This document shows positions 28,561 through 40,246 of a stretch of DNA of 64,000 nt, piece by piece. Each line of letters starts with the position of its first letter. Within the stretch, counting starts at the first letter, position 1. The DNA is taken from positions 186,001-250,000 of the forward strand of contig JADEYG010000002.1 of the NCBI GenBank assembly GCA_016906335.1, in the 5' to 3' direction. Source of the stretch: Novakomyces olei (Eukaryota). A program made the translations under genes and the position numbers. The notes beneath the pieces are model-generated. The model ran no database searches, had not been told where the DNA came from, and saw only the letters and a program-made list of their open reading frames with translations.

Positions 28561-29061
28561 TCAAACTGGCGAAGAGGACTCGGCAACAAGCCGCTTGTCC
28601 TCTTTATCAACCCGACGAGCTCCTTCGCCGAACGGATTCTCGTCATAGTCATTCCTCATCAGCTCATCGTACCGTCTGTCGATATCGATACTGGGATCAT
28701 CTTTGTCCGCGTCATCAAAAGCGTGATTAGCGCTCGTCAAATGTACGTCCTCATAGCCAAGCTCATCGCCCACCCGACTATCCCACGCTTCGTCTACTTC
28801 AAGCGCATGAAACTTGCCGCCTCCGCGTCCACTCGACGCCTTTTTATTGCCAAAAACACTGCCGCCCGCTCCACTGGCACTGCCGCTACCGGCTGCCCGC
28901 TTTCGGCCCCACCGGAAGGGCTCAGTTAATGTATGCGGCAGAAAATTCGGGTGCGGAATTCCGAGCCGCCGTGCTCGTAAATGGTAGTAGAGCACGTACG
29001 CAGTAAAGCCGAGAGCTATTAGCACAATGACGACAACCACTAATATAGATCCAATGCCCAT
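28561..29061 (-). CDS. Single-pass membrane protein of unknown function (166 aa)
   Basis: N-terminal hydrophobic helix followed by basic RARRLG; DEAWDSRVG motif resembling a fungal hypothetical-protein family; acidic tail containing NPF. Confidence 0.8.
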   Translation of the reverse strand: MGIGSILVVVVIVLIALGFTAYVLYYHLRARRLGIPHPNFLPHTLTEPFRWGRKRAAGSGSASGAGGSVFGNKKASSGRGGGKFHALEVDEAWDSRVGDELGYEDVHLTSANHAFDDADKDDPSIDIDRRYDELMRNDYDENPFGEGARRVDKEDKRLVAESSSPV

Positions 29062-29219
29062 TGCGAACAGCGCCCGCCTCGGATCCGAAGGATATAGCGA
29101 ATATACGTAATAACAAAGATTGCGGATACGGATTCTTTTGGTAAAAGTACAGGATTATTCACTCGAGGCCTGCGAGCATTCGGCCAAGTGTGCTCGTGTC
29201 CACTGGAGCGGCACAGCGA

Positions 29220-29320
29220 ACGATATTAGTTTTATTAGTAAAAACGATATTTATTTTTATTAGTAAAAACGATATTTATTTTTACTAGCGAAAAACGATA
29301 TTTTATTTTTTATTAGTTTA
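29220..29320. repeat. About 25-bp minisatellite x4 (AAAACGATATTTATTTTTATTAGTA)
   Basis: Directly visible imperfect tandem copies in the divergent promoter. Confidence 0.85.
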
Positions 29321-29439
29321 TTAGCGACTTTTGAACACGATCGAGTTTTACTATGGATATAACTGTGGTTTAATTTAATTGAATATAACGTTGGGTTTCT
29401 GACTGAATAATACAGCAGAACAGACGAACAAGTGTTCGA

Positions 29440-29823
<384 letters not shown>

Positions 29824-29856
29824 ACTATTTTCCAGATCCCCGACTCATATACAGTC

Positions 29857-31693
29857 ATGCCAGCGGCTTTTCGAGATGATCGTATAGTGGTAAGTTTTGA
29901 CTGACTTCCCCGCTAATCTCTTGTAAGGTCATTGAAATTGGGTCGCATGAAACGCGCTCAATTGAAGCTTTGCCCGAGTCGTTTACGCCTCCAGCGCATA
30001 GAGTTCTTACACGGGTCGGCCGAACGGTACAGGGCAAGTATAACGTCGGCGACGAGATAGCAGAGGCCGATGATATTATTCTGCCTGTGCAAAAGGGCGC
30101 TGTAACAGACTGGACGGCTCTGGAAGCTCTTTTGCAGCACGTTTTATTCAAACAATTAGGGCGGCAATGGCCGCCAGACGCGGCACAAACACGGTATGGA
30201 GTTTGCCTAGTGATCCCTCCTCAGTGGTCCGCCGAGGATAAGGAGCAAGTCGCCAAAATTTTCTTTGAAGACTTTCTCGTTGGCGGATTGTGTGTTTTTG
30301 AATCGCCGCTTTTGAGTCTTTTTGCCTTGAATTTACCGTCTGGGCTTGTTGTGGACGTTGGCTATGAAAAGACAGGTAATATTTGTTTTTTTTTATTCGT
30401 TTTGCTGGCCCGCATGAATGATCCCAGCTCGTTTATATGGGTTATTGTATATATTTTATATTTTATATTTTATATTTTATATTTTATATTTTATATTTTA
30501 TATTTTATATTTTATATTTTATATTTTGTATGTTTATTTTGTATATTTATTTTACACATATTTGCGTTGATTTTTATTTGTCCATTTTATTTGCAGTCAG
30601 ACTACCAATGCGGGTTGGTCACTGCTCGCTTGTCCCTGTGTCTACCGCTTTTGTTGTCCATTCATCCATTTGCTGATTTTCAAATGCTATTTATATGCTC
30701 TGCGCATAGCGGCTAACGTTAGACATTACGCCTGTGCTCGACGGCAGTGTAGTGCCGGCGGGAAGGGTGACTGTCCCTTACGGCGGGCAGGCAATGACAG
30801 AGCACCTGCAGCGGCTATTGCTCTCTGACCCACCAAAAACAGCGGGCCTTGAGCCCCTGGAAGAGCGTGCAATTACACTAAATTTGGCTGAGGCGGTCAA
30901 GCAATCGGCAATCTGCCAGGTCCGAGTAGAGCGTGAGCCGGATCAGCGCAGTACTACCGACTATTTCCACAATGACAGTGGCAATTTTGACAGCAACAGC
31001 AATGGCAATGCTCTTCCGTCCGATACCCTTGATAAGTCGGAAGATATTGGCCATATTATTGCTATGGGCAAAACGCAAGAGTACCTTGATCGGAAGGCCA
31101 AGGAGAGAGAAGCTGGTCAGGCGGCGGCAGAAAAAACTGCACCAAACACAGATTTAGAGTTTAATGATTTCGAGTACGAAGGGCAAACTGTGCACGTTGG
31201 ACCCGCTCGCTTCGAGGCGGGAAAGGCTCTATTGGGCGGATTAGTGGATTTGACTGACGTCATCTACGATGCGATTACCGGTCCGGCGGTTGATGAAACA
31301 CGGCGCTTAGATTTATGGGACAATTTAGTATTTGTCGGCCAGGCCTTTCGGATCCAGGGTTTTCGGGATCAGCTTTGGCTGCAGCTCAAGAGAAAATACG
31401 AAAACAAATCGGTTGTGGAGAATTACACGTCAAATTTGTCTGTGGCCCAAAGCCAGGCAAACGGGTCCGCTGTACAGATAAATGCTCCGCTCGCTCCTCA
31501 CGTTATCCTGGCCCCTCGGCCGATTCCCGATTATTTCTTGCACTGGAAGGATAACAGCCAGGCTCGAGTTGGGGATGTTGCTTTCCTCGGCGGCTGTATA
31601 GTAGCAAAGGCTTCTTTTAGCGACAGTTCCGGGTCAATGTGGGCTTCACGGGAAGATTACAATGAACGAGGGCCTCAGTCAATACATATTTGA
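29857..31693 (+). CDS. ARP9: Actin-related protein Arp9 (RSC/SWI-SNF), 3 exons
   Basis: Exons 29857-29889, 29928-30375, 30723-31693 (483 aa). MPAAFRDDRIVVIEIGSHETR...ESFTPP, PVQKGAVTDW, VVDVGYEKTDITPV, DIGHIIAMGKTQEYL, LWDNLVFVG, PDYF, AFLGGCIVAK. Confidence 0.88.
30449..30527. repeat. (TATATTT)n heptamer repeat in ARP9 intron 2
   Basis: About 11 copies visible. Confidence 0.9.
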
Positions 31694-31944
31694 TTTTAAT
31701 AATTAATTTAATAATTTAATAAGCAATTTAAACAATTAATTTAATTAATTAATTAATTAATATGGATTTGTTTTAGAAAATATGAATATTAGTATATACG
31801 CCGATTACAAGCACCCAAAGTATCCCAAACACCGGTAAAATAAAATGAAATATAAATGTAAATATAAATATAAATATAAATAGATTACACTCAGGCTTTG
31901 AAAATAATCCTTTATTTCTCTTTTTTTTCCTTTTTATTCCGTCG

Positions 31945-33918
31945 TCAATCATCGAAAAGAGTGTCATACGCATCGTAATTAATCTTTCGTGAAAACGTTC
32001 GCTGCTGTAACATTTGCTTTACACTTTCTGCAGGGCTTTGAGCGACTGCAGTCGTAGAATCTCGCACCCGTGTCTTTTTCCGCCTTTTGGGTTCACGAAC
32101 AATCCCCATTTTACGATCATCCTCGAACTTTTTCTCCTTTGCTGCCTGAGCTTCCAAGTAATCTTGATTCAGTCGGGTCCAAATTTCTGTTTTTACGTCA
32201 GAATCTTCTTTTGACAGGATAAACCGTTCAATTTCGTTGTTGTCAATATCAGCAAAATCGTCGGGGGCCCGATCAGCTTCACCTGATCTTTGAGCAGCAG
32301 CTGCCGCGTCCCTTTGGCGAGCTAATTCAAGTTCTCGGGTAACTTGTTTCATCATATCCGATCCTAAAGCCGCTCGGACTGTTTGCTCTATCGCTCGATC
32401 TTCTTCTTCTTCCTCTTCCTCCTCCTCTTCGTTTGCAGTAGTATTACTTGAAACCTTTTCAGATTCAACGCTATCATGAGCGGGGTTCTTGCTCTTTGTC
32501 TGGCTCGGGATTTTATTGTTCCGGTGCGCATCACTGTCGCTTTTATTCTCATTATTCTGCGGAATATCGCGATTCGTTGCCGGCTGGCTCTCAATCTTGC
32601 TATTGCGAGCACTCAATGCTGAAGAGTTAAGCAAAAGCAAATCATTCCCCTCAACTAATCGTCGAGCCAATTCGTCCCGTTTTCGGGCTTTCCTAAATGA
32701 AGGCGGATCCACACTTTGTTCCAAGGCAATATTACGAAAATCTTGCACTGAAAGATCAGCACTAGGCAGCGTTTTAAACTCTGCAAGTCGCTTTTTCAGA
32801 GTGAAATCTGCTACTTTAACCACCATAACGACTTCAGCTACAGAGCGACGAAAATTGTTCATATGCGCGGCAATAAGAATAGCAGCTCCACAAAGCCCTG
32901 AGGGTCTTCGGCCTTGGACCATCCAATCACGATCCATTCGTTGTAATAGACGGGAGGCATCAGCTGCAACTTGCTGAGTCTCGTTTCCGAATTCTAAAAG
33001 TGCCGCAAATCGAGCCAAGTACAAACTCGGATCAACAATCGGTAACTTGATCCCCAAAGTTGCCACGAGTTTGAGAAAAGTTGCTCCGAGTGTAAACAGA
33101 TTGATAGAAAGAACATCGGAAAAGTCAATAAGCATATGCGACGTCTGTTCCATGCGGCACGTAATGTACAGACAACTGGCCACTACATACTGAGACCGAC
33201 GGCCTTGGATAAAATTTGCATTTACTGCAAGTGTGAAATAGCGTAATCCTGCTTCAACGTACCTCTCCGGTAGTTGTATAGACATTGCTAAAGCTGTCAT
33301 TCGTCGGCGAGCTATAGTTTGAATTTAGTAAAGCATAGTCAAAACAACCAAAAATTGATGAAATAACTTTGGTTCAATTTTATTTGATGCGATTTAGTAA
33401 AATAAATATAAATATAAAAGAGTAAATAAATGAAATAAATATGTAGTGGACGTCCGAATGGCTCCTTTATTCACAATACGAAATCTCTGATACGACGGAA
33501 TCACGGTATCTTGAAGAATCGCAATACTAAACGCAAAATCGTCTATTTTTTTTTTTTTTTTTTTTTTTGCTTAAATAATTATTTTATTTCTTACCATTAG
33601 AAATTGTAAGCTCCCGAGATTCAAGGGAGGACTGTTTGCGATATGGCCCGAACGTTCGAGCGTGAGTTTGGTCTTGGCCAACAAAAGAGCCTTGTACGAT
33701 AGCGGCGCCGCTGCTCGCTTCACCGAACGTGATCTCGCTGACTATGGCATTTTGTTCGAGTACTGTACCACACTGAGTACTGTCGATGCGATTAGTAAAA
33801 CGAATCGCCAATGATAAGAGGAAAAGAAGAAGGAAATCAAAAAGCGCCATTACCAGTAAGTGTCGCCCGACGCTGTATTGCTCTCAAACGCGGAGGAACC
33901 GCAGTTGGGGCAGATCAT
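31945..33918 (-). CDS. BRF1: TFIIIB subunit Brf1, 3 exons
   Basis: Exons 33918-33854, 33779-33595, 33311-31945 (538 aa). Zn ribbon CPNC...YCTQCG, IVSEITFGE, NFIQGRRSQYVVASCLY, DWMVQGRRPSGLCGA, C-terminal SRKINY. Confidence 0.95.
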
Positions 33919-34297
33919 CGTCCACTGATGGTTGTTACACTCTCTCAGAGTTGATCATTAATAGCAATATTATTTTTATTAATGAGTGAGAGTAGTTGAG
34001 TACATTCGCTATACCGAACGTGCTTTCTATGGGGCAAATGTGCACATGCGTTACTTGTATATCGGTCTTGGCCATTGAATTATATAAATTACTTGCAAAA
34101 GAGCTGAGCCATTACTTGGGAACATTTTAAAGCTATGAGCTCGATAGCGACGTTCGCTTTACAGATACCGCGGGCAGCGATTGACGACTGAATAATTATT
34201 ATTTTTGTGATTTCTGACAGACGAGAGCCATGATCATTTAAACTAGTGCATTTCCTGCTCGAACGCAACAGTAAGAGCCATGAATTCCACATAAGAA

Positions 34298-35868
34298 ATG
34301 GAGGCGGGCACGCAATTATGGTCGCAATTACTTGCGGACTCGTTGAACGACAAGGAAACACCAGCGCGCACAATAATATGTCTCGGTCCCGGGGCAGATG
34401 AACTCTTGTCCACTCTGAACGGCACAACCTTTCCCGCTCTCGGAGCGCGAGTAGCAGTGCACTCGAAAACGCGACAGGGACCGGTTCAGTACGCGTGCGC
34501 GGAGATACGCGAGACTGATGGAAATGAAGCCTTATCAGTCCTTGAGTTTTACGCGTTGTTTGCGCCCAAAGCAGAAGCAGCGCCTCTGTTGGCCGCGTTG
34601 CTACGGCAGCGGGATGTCGCCCACACAGCAGTCCTCTTCTTATTGGACTGGCGGACGCCCTGGGAATGGATGGACGCGTTGAGTGTTTACGCTCATCTCA
34701 TGCTCGCCGCTGGAATGCAATCAAGGGATAACAACAATGCGTGGGCGGCACGCATACGCGCATACACGGAGGGGAAAGGGGACGTGTACCACTATACCGA
34801 GCGCGATACTGACTTGCCCGCAGCAGCCGGCGAATTTGACATCCCATTGGGATGCGTGCCTATTGCAGTGCTGTTGCACGCTAATCAATATGGTCAGCTC
34901 GTGCACGAACACGGGTGGAGAGATAGCGTGTTTGATACAGTACTGCAGACACTACGCGTTGTTTTATTACATCATGGTGCAGGACTTGTCAGCCTGGCGC
35001 CGGGGGCACGTGGAAGCAATGTGGATGCGCTAGCAATGCAGCTGGTGAGCTGCCTTGGACTGGGCGATGCCGTCTTTGGCGGAGTACAATTACCGCCTGC
35101 TCAAGTGCTGGAGCTGGAACGGCTTACAATCGCACCAGGCTGGGACTCGTTTGCCAAAATATCACATTACAATGAGTCTTTTGACACGGAGGGTATGGAA
35201 GAAAAAGGAAAAGGCAAAAATAAAAAAGAAAACAGCAATCAAGAAAGAAGAAATTTATGTATTTATTTAATTTTTTGATTGATTGATTGTTTGATTAGAA
35301 ATAGACAAATAAATAATTTAAAAGATAAAACGGAGGAATGCTAATGACAGGCATGAGTCAAGCGTGGGCACGGGACATTTTGTCTGGTTCTAGCAATGAC
35401 AACGAGCACGGCAACGAATCCGAATTAAGCGTATCTGACCTATACCGAGAAATTGTAAAGGCCCCGGTAGCCGCACACGAAAATGATAATGTCAAGATCC
35501 CACATTTATCAAGCCACCAAGAATTTTTATCGACACTTGTGTCACAGTTAAATGGCAGCAGTGGTGACACGCCCACGAAATCCGTGGGCGTACAGGACGA
35601 ATATTCAAATGCATCTACGCCCGCGCAACAACAGCTGGGACGGCTTGTTGCGGAGGTGCGTGGGGGTTCTATCACGCCAACGCGGGCCTACGACTCTTTA
35701 CCGGCTGCCTCATCTCCAAACACGCCGGCTAGTATGGCGTTTCGGTCGAGTCCTGCTAGTAGCGTGGGGGAGTCATCCCGTGATGAACGTAGGCAGCAGC
35801 AAAATAGCTCACGGAGAGGCGAAAATGAGGCACTCGCTACTTTTTTTCAGAGTTTAATAGACCGATAG
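34298..35868 (+). CDS. Dynein light intermediate chain-like protein, 2 exons
   Basis: Exons 34298-35192 and 35351-35868 (470 aa). LWSQLL N-terminus, LLDWRTPW, LQTLRVVLLHHGAGL, PGWDS..KI, C-terminal helix EALATFFQSLI typical of DLIC. Confidence 0.82.
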
Positions 35869-37497
35869 TCTAGTCTTCCTCGCTGTAGTTTAGTTTTTGC
35901 ATAGATTCTGTACATACTAATTCAGACTATTGTATTTTTCTTCGTTTTATTTTCAATGTGTTTGCATACTCGCAAGATGGGACGCCGTACGGTTTGTCAT
36001 GTATCCTCCTGATATGAGTTAATTACAGCGAAGCCTTTACCGATGCAAAGCTTGAAACTGGTTCTCGTCGTGTGTAGTATCTTAATGGTCTATAGGAATT
36101 GTATGAATAATCTACCATCACCGTTGCCGATATTTGTTTTTTGTTATTTTTATATATATATTCTTATGTTATACTACTATGTTTGTTTTTCCGTTTCCCT
36201 ACACGCCCATACAGCCTCAAAGCTGAGTCGAGCTACAGCTCTTTGCAGTTGCTTATTATGCGCAAATATGCTGCCGATCACTATTCGATTAAAGCGCAAA
36301 CATTGTTAGCCCCTCTGTAATAATCATGATCTGCCCTATCTACGCTCTAGACCCTGCCAAATATACTCGCTTGCCGCCTCTATTAGAAAATCTGCAAGCA
36401 GATCTTTTACGCAAAAAGTAACACCAGTATTTCGTTGCCATTATGGATCGTCGATGCAAAAGTTGCCAAGCACTCAACCAGCATATACGATATTCAACAA
36501 CCTTTAATATCCCCCCACGTTGTGTCGCGTGATCGTGGACACGTAATATTACCTCGGCGAAAGCAAATCATTTCCCGTTTACAGTATTGCTCTATGCAAT
36601 AATATTTATCGGTTGTGCTTTCGCAAAGGCAAGACCTAAACGGGAAAAGTTTGGAGAGCCATAATATTAGTAAGCATGACTTTATCGGCAAATGGCAAAA
36701 AGGTATTGTTCTACTTCGCGGATATTAGTACTGGTGATGTAACGCAATAATAATTAAATTATTATCGATAATATAATTATACGTCGTAGCAAGTAATTCT
36801 CCCCAAAAGAACGAAGCGACGTACGGCCAAATTTGGTTAATCTGCACTATAGATTCTAGACCACCATATACCACGACTCCGTTCTGCGATAGGGGCTTCT
36901 ATGCTTGCAGAGTATGGCATTATAGGCTAGTCTGCGTATCACTGAGATCATTTTTAGTTTCGCCCAATTCTCAAAATTAGCAAACCTCGTTCAACAACAA
37001 ATGTCGCACTTGAATCCCTGTATTCGTTCATCTCACAAATAGGGCATAAGGCTTCTGATTCAATTTAGCCCCGTCTTCTGTATATGGGTTTATCATCTAT
37101 TTCCGGGTGCATTATATTGTTTCACTGCCCTAATTTGCAAAAATTAGCAATTGTTTCAGGATGCACCGATGTTTCGGTTCCCGGCAAATTAGCATATCTC
37201 GGCCAAGATTGTGGACGGCCGGGCAAATGCAACAGTTTTAAAATGAACAATGATAATAGTTCTGGCCAAAATTACATATCTTTTGCACAGTTTCGTGTAT
37301 GCGATCTACGCACACCCCACGAGCGTCCCCAGCCCACGTCGCGGGCGGGCGTGCAGTAACATTGCTATATAGGCTATAGACTGAAACAAGTAGGTGGCAG
37401 TGTTTGGGCCGTGCAATTTTTTTATTTATAACCTCGAGATTACAAACACCGATGTATTAAAGTGAGCGATGGTAACAGCGCAGTCCAAAGGCGTCTA

Positions 37498-37981
37498 ATG
37501 TCGACCTTCAACGAACCAGATGGTCACTTTTTCCAAGCACGGGAGTTTGCCGTGGTCGGAGCGTCTGCAGACCTAACAAAAACTGGCAGCCGTGTATTCC
37601 AGTGGTACTTGGAGCATGCATTACCCACTGTGCCGATCAATCCGAATCGCGAAAGTATATGGGGCGTGCCAACGATTGAAACGGTAGCGCAATTGGCAAA
37701 GCCACAGGAGACCAGCATCAGTATAGTGACGCCGCCTCACGTGACCAACAGTCTTATTCCGCAGCTCGTGCAACTGCGAGTTTTCTCTCTATGGCTACAA
37801 CGTACGTCCGTCTCTTTACAGAACTTACTTTCTTTGACGAGTAGCTAATTCCATAGCGGAGACTTACGACTCAACAACTCTTGATACCCTGGAAAAATTT
37901 TCTATTCCCTTTATTGCCCGCGGGCACTGTATTCTGATCGAGGGCGAATCAGCTCTTTCTTATAGCCGGTGGGCAGTTTGA
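37498..37981 (+). CDS. CoA-binding (YccU-like, Rossmann) small protein, 2 exons
   Basis: Exons 37498-37801 and 37857-37981 (142 aa). FAVVGAS, PINP, SISIVTPP, WLQP, HCILIEG. Confidence 0.85.
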
Positions 37982-38402
37982 CCGGTGCCAAGGCGAAAAA
38001 AAGTTTAAATATGCATATATGCATATATATATATGTATATATTTATAAAGTGTATTATTTATTTTGTGATTAGTGATTATATAATCAGATCAGGCTCGAA
38101 GTAGTTCTCGTGCGATCAGGTTACTTATATTACCATAAACCCTAAACATTAACCCTCCAACGTACATTTAAAATTTACATTAGAAAACAAAAGATAAGAT
38201 TAAAATTCACGTGGGACCCATATCGGGTTCGGTAACTTCCTTATCGGCGAGTGCCGTGGCGTATCTCAGTAGGGCATAAAAGGGCGCGCCTGGAAGCGCA
38301 GATTGCCAATCTTCAATCCGTGTATATCCTGCATTTCCAGGCTGGCGTATTCGATCGGGTCAAGTCATCAGCTTCCCCTTATCTTTCAGCGCGTCACCGA
38401 CA

Positions 38403-38412
38403 GCTATAAAAG
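38403..38412 (+). promoter_or_regulatory. Candidate TATA box of urg1/URC1
   Basis: GCTATAAAAG about 85 nt upstream of ATG 38492. Confidence 0.5.
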
Positions 38413-38491
38413 CAAGGTCAGATCCCCGCGCAAGACGAGAATCATAAAGGCAAACATATAAAGCAATTGAGCAAGAAAAGAGACGACAAGA

Positions 38492-39787
38492 ATGCCCTCG
38501 ACAGCGGGAAATGAGCGGTTCGGATCACGTGTAATTCTCACGACGTATCCCACTCAAAACAATGTGGAGCCCGTCCCACTGAAGTGGGGAGCGGCTACGG
38601 CAGCCGAACGGGGCCCCGTGGTTGTATCCCGACAAAAATCCACTATTCCGCACCGCAATGCTATCGGAGCCCATGGAGGCTCCTACTCTGTATACTATAG
38701 CCTGGCAAATGCCCGCGGCGATGTACCCTTTAACCACCGACCCAACTTTGAGAACACGGAACCTCCTGTTGATTTCCCTCCACAGCCGCAATGGAGCGAT
38801 CCTGCCAAGATTGCCTCCCTTGATCCTTATGGGCACGAGGCTCCTCGCTTATATCGGCATCTGATTGATTCTGGGCTCGATATTCGACCCTCAATCTCTG
38901 TCACGAGGGCCAAATTGAGTCTATTGGAGATGGAACGTGCTGTACAATCGGGTTCTCTCCCCGTCGATGGTCGAGTCGTGCTTAATGATAAGGGAGAAAT
39001 GTCTGTCACTAAAGTGGCTGCAGATCCGGTGTGGTACCTTCCCGAAATTGCTCACCGCTTTGGTGTGGACGAGCCGACGCTACGACGATCATTGTTTGAG
39101 TACACGGGCGGTATGTACCCGGAATTAATTACACGGCCGGATATTAAGGTCTTTCTCCCACCCATCGGCGGACTTACCGTTTACATTTTCGGAGATCCTG
39201 CTAAAATATCCGACGAAAAATACAGACTTGCCCTGCGTGTGCATGACGAATGTAATGGGTCAGACGTGTTCATGTCCGATATTTGTACATGCCGACCTTA
39301 CTTGATGTTTGGAATTGAAGAGTGTGCTAAAGAGGCACAGAAAGGCGGTTGTGGGGTCGTTGTATACTTTCGCAAGGAAGGCCGAGCTCTCGGTGAAGTA
39401 ACAAAGTATCTAGTGTACAATATACGCAAGAGGACGGGCGACACCGCTGACAATTACTTTTCCTCGACCGAGGCCGTTGCTGGTGTGAAAGATATGCGGT
39501 TCCAAGTGCTTATGCCCGATATCCTGCATTGGCTCGGTATTAAAAAGATCGATCGTATGCTCAGCATGTCAAATATGAAATACGATGCGATTGTAAATTC
39601 GGGAATCCCCATTCACGAACGAGTGGAGTTGCCGGACGATCTGATTCCGGAGGATGGACGTGTAGAAATCACGGCAAAATTGAATGCGGGGTACTTTACA
39701 AAAAGTCATGTGCCCACTATGGAGGAGCTGGCTAACGTGGCCGGCCGGGATTGGGTTAATGTAAATTGGGACGATATTGATCATTAG
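38492..39787 (+). CDS. urg1: Uracil-regulated protein Urg1 / Urc1 (GTP cyclohydrolase II-like, uracil catabolism)
   Basis: 431 aa, intronless. ILTTYP, RNAIGAHGGSYSVY, RVHDECNGSDVFMSDICTCRPYL (Zn ligands), RKEGRALGEVTKYLVYN, SMSNMKY. Confidence 0.92.
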   Translation: MPSTAGNERFGSRVILTTYPTQNNVEPVPLKWGAATAAERGPVVVSRQKSTIPHRNAIGAHGGSYSVYYSLANARGDVPFNHRPNFENTEPPVDFPPQPQWSDPAKIASLDPYGHEAPRLYRHLIDSGLDIRPSISVTRAKLSLLEMERAVQSGSLPVDGRVVLNDKGEMSVTKVAADPVWYLPEIAHRFGVDEPTLRRSLFEYTGGMYPELITRPDIKVFLPPIGGLTVYIFGDPAKISDEKYRLALRVHDECNGSDVFMSDICTCRPYLMFGIEECAKEAQKGGCGVVVYFRKEGRALGEVTKYLVYNIRKRTGDTADNYFSSTEAVAGVKDMRFQVLMPDILHWLGIKKIDRMLSMSNMKYDAIVNSGIPIHERVELPDDLIPEDGRVEITAKLNAGYFTKSHVPTMEELANVAGRDWVNVNWDDIDH

Positions 39788-40246
39788 ATTACACTGTGGA
39801 TAGATTAGCATAATGATACGAAGGATTATTGTCTTTGCTATTGATTGCGAGCGCTCGTAAATTGTAAAGGGACCGACCACACTACCAGTGTCCTTTATAC
39901 AAACTGGTTTCTAAAACCGGCACGGGGCCCGTGAGCGTATTTTGACCGAGTTACGATGAGAAAATCTTTAAACGAACACGATTTATAGAAGAACGAACGC
40001 CAAGCTGGCACTTAGTATGGCTTGATTATACGCGTAAGCAATACTGCTTCTTCGCCTCTCCACGTAACTCTATGTTTACGTATTATTCCAGTCTTTCAAT
40101 AAATACACCATATAAAATAAAGCCAATGCATCAAGTCACCGTTATGACGTAAAACCGACTAAACAAAAAGTGTGCTTTACGTACTATGCAATCCCGAATC
40201 TGCGTCAATCCCATACCGAGCTGAAAAGTAGAATAGCCGTTGAACA

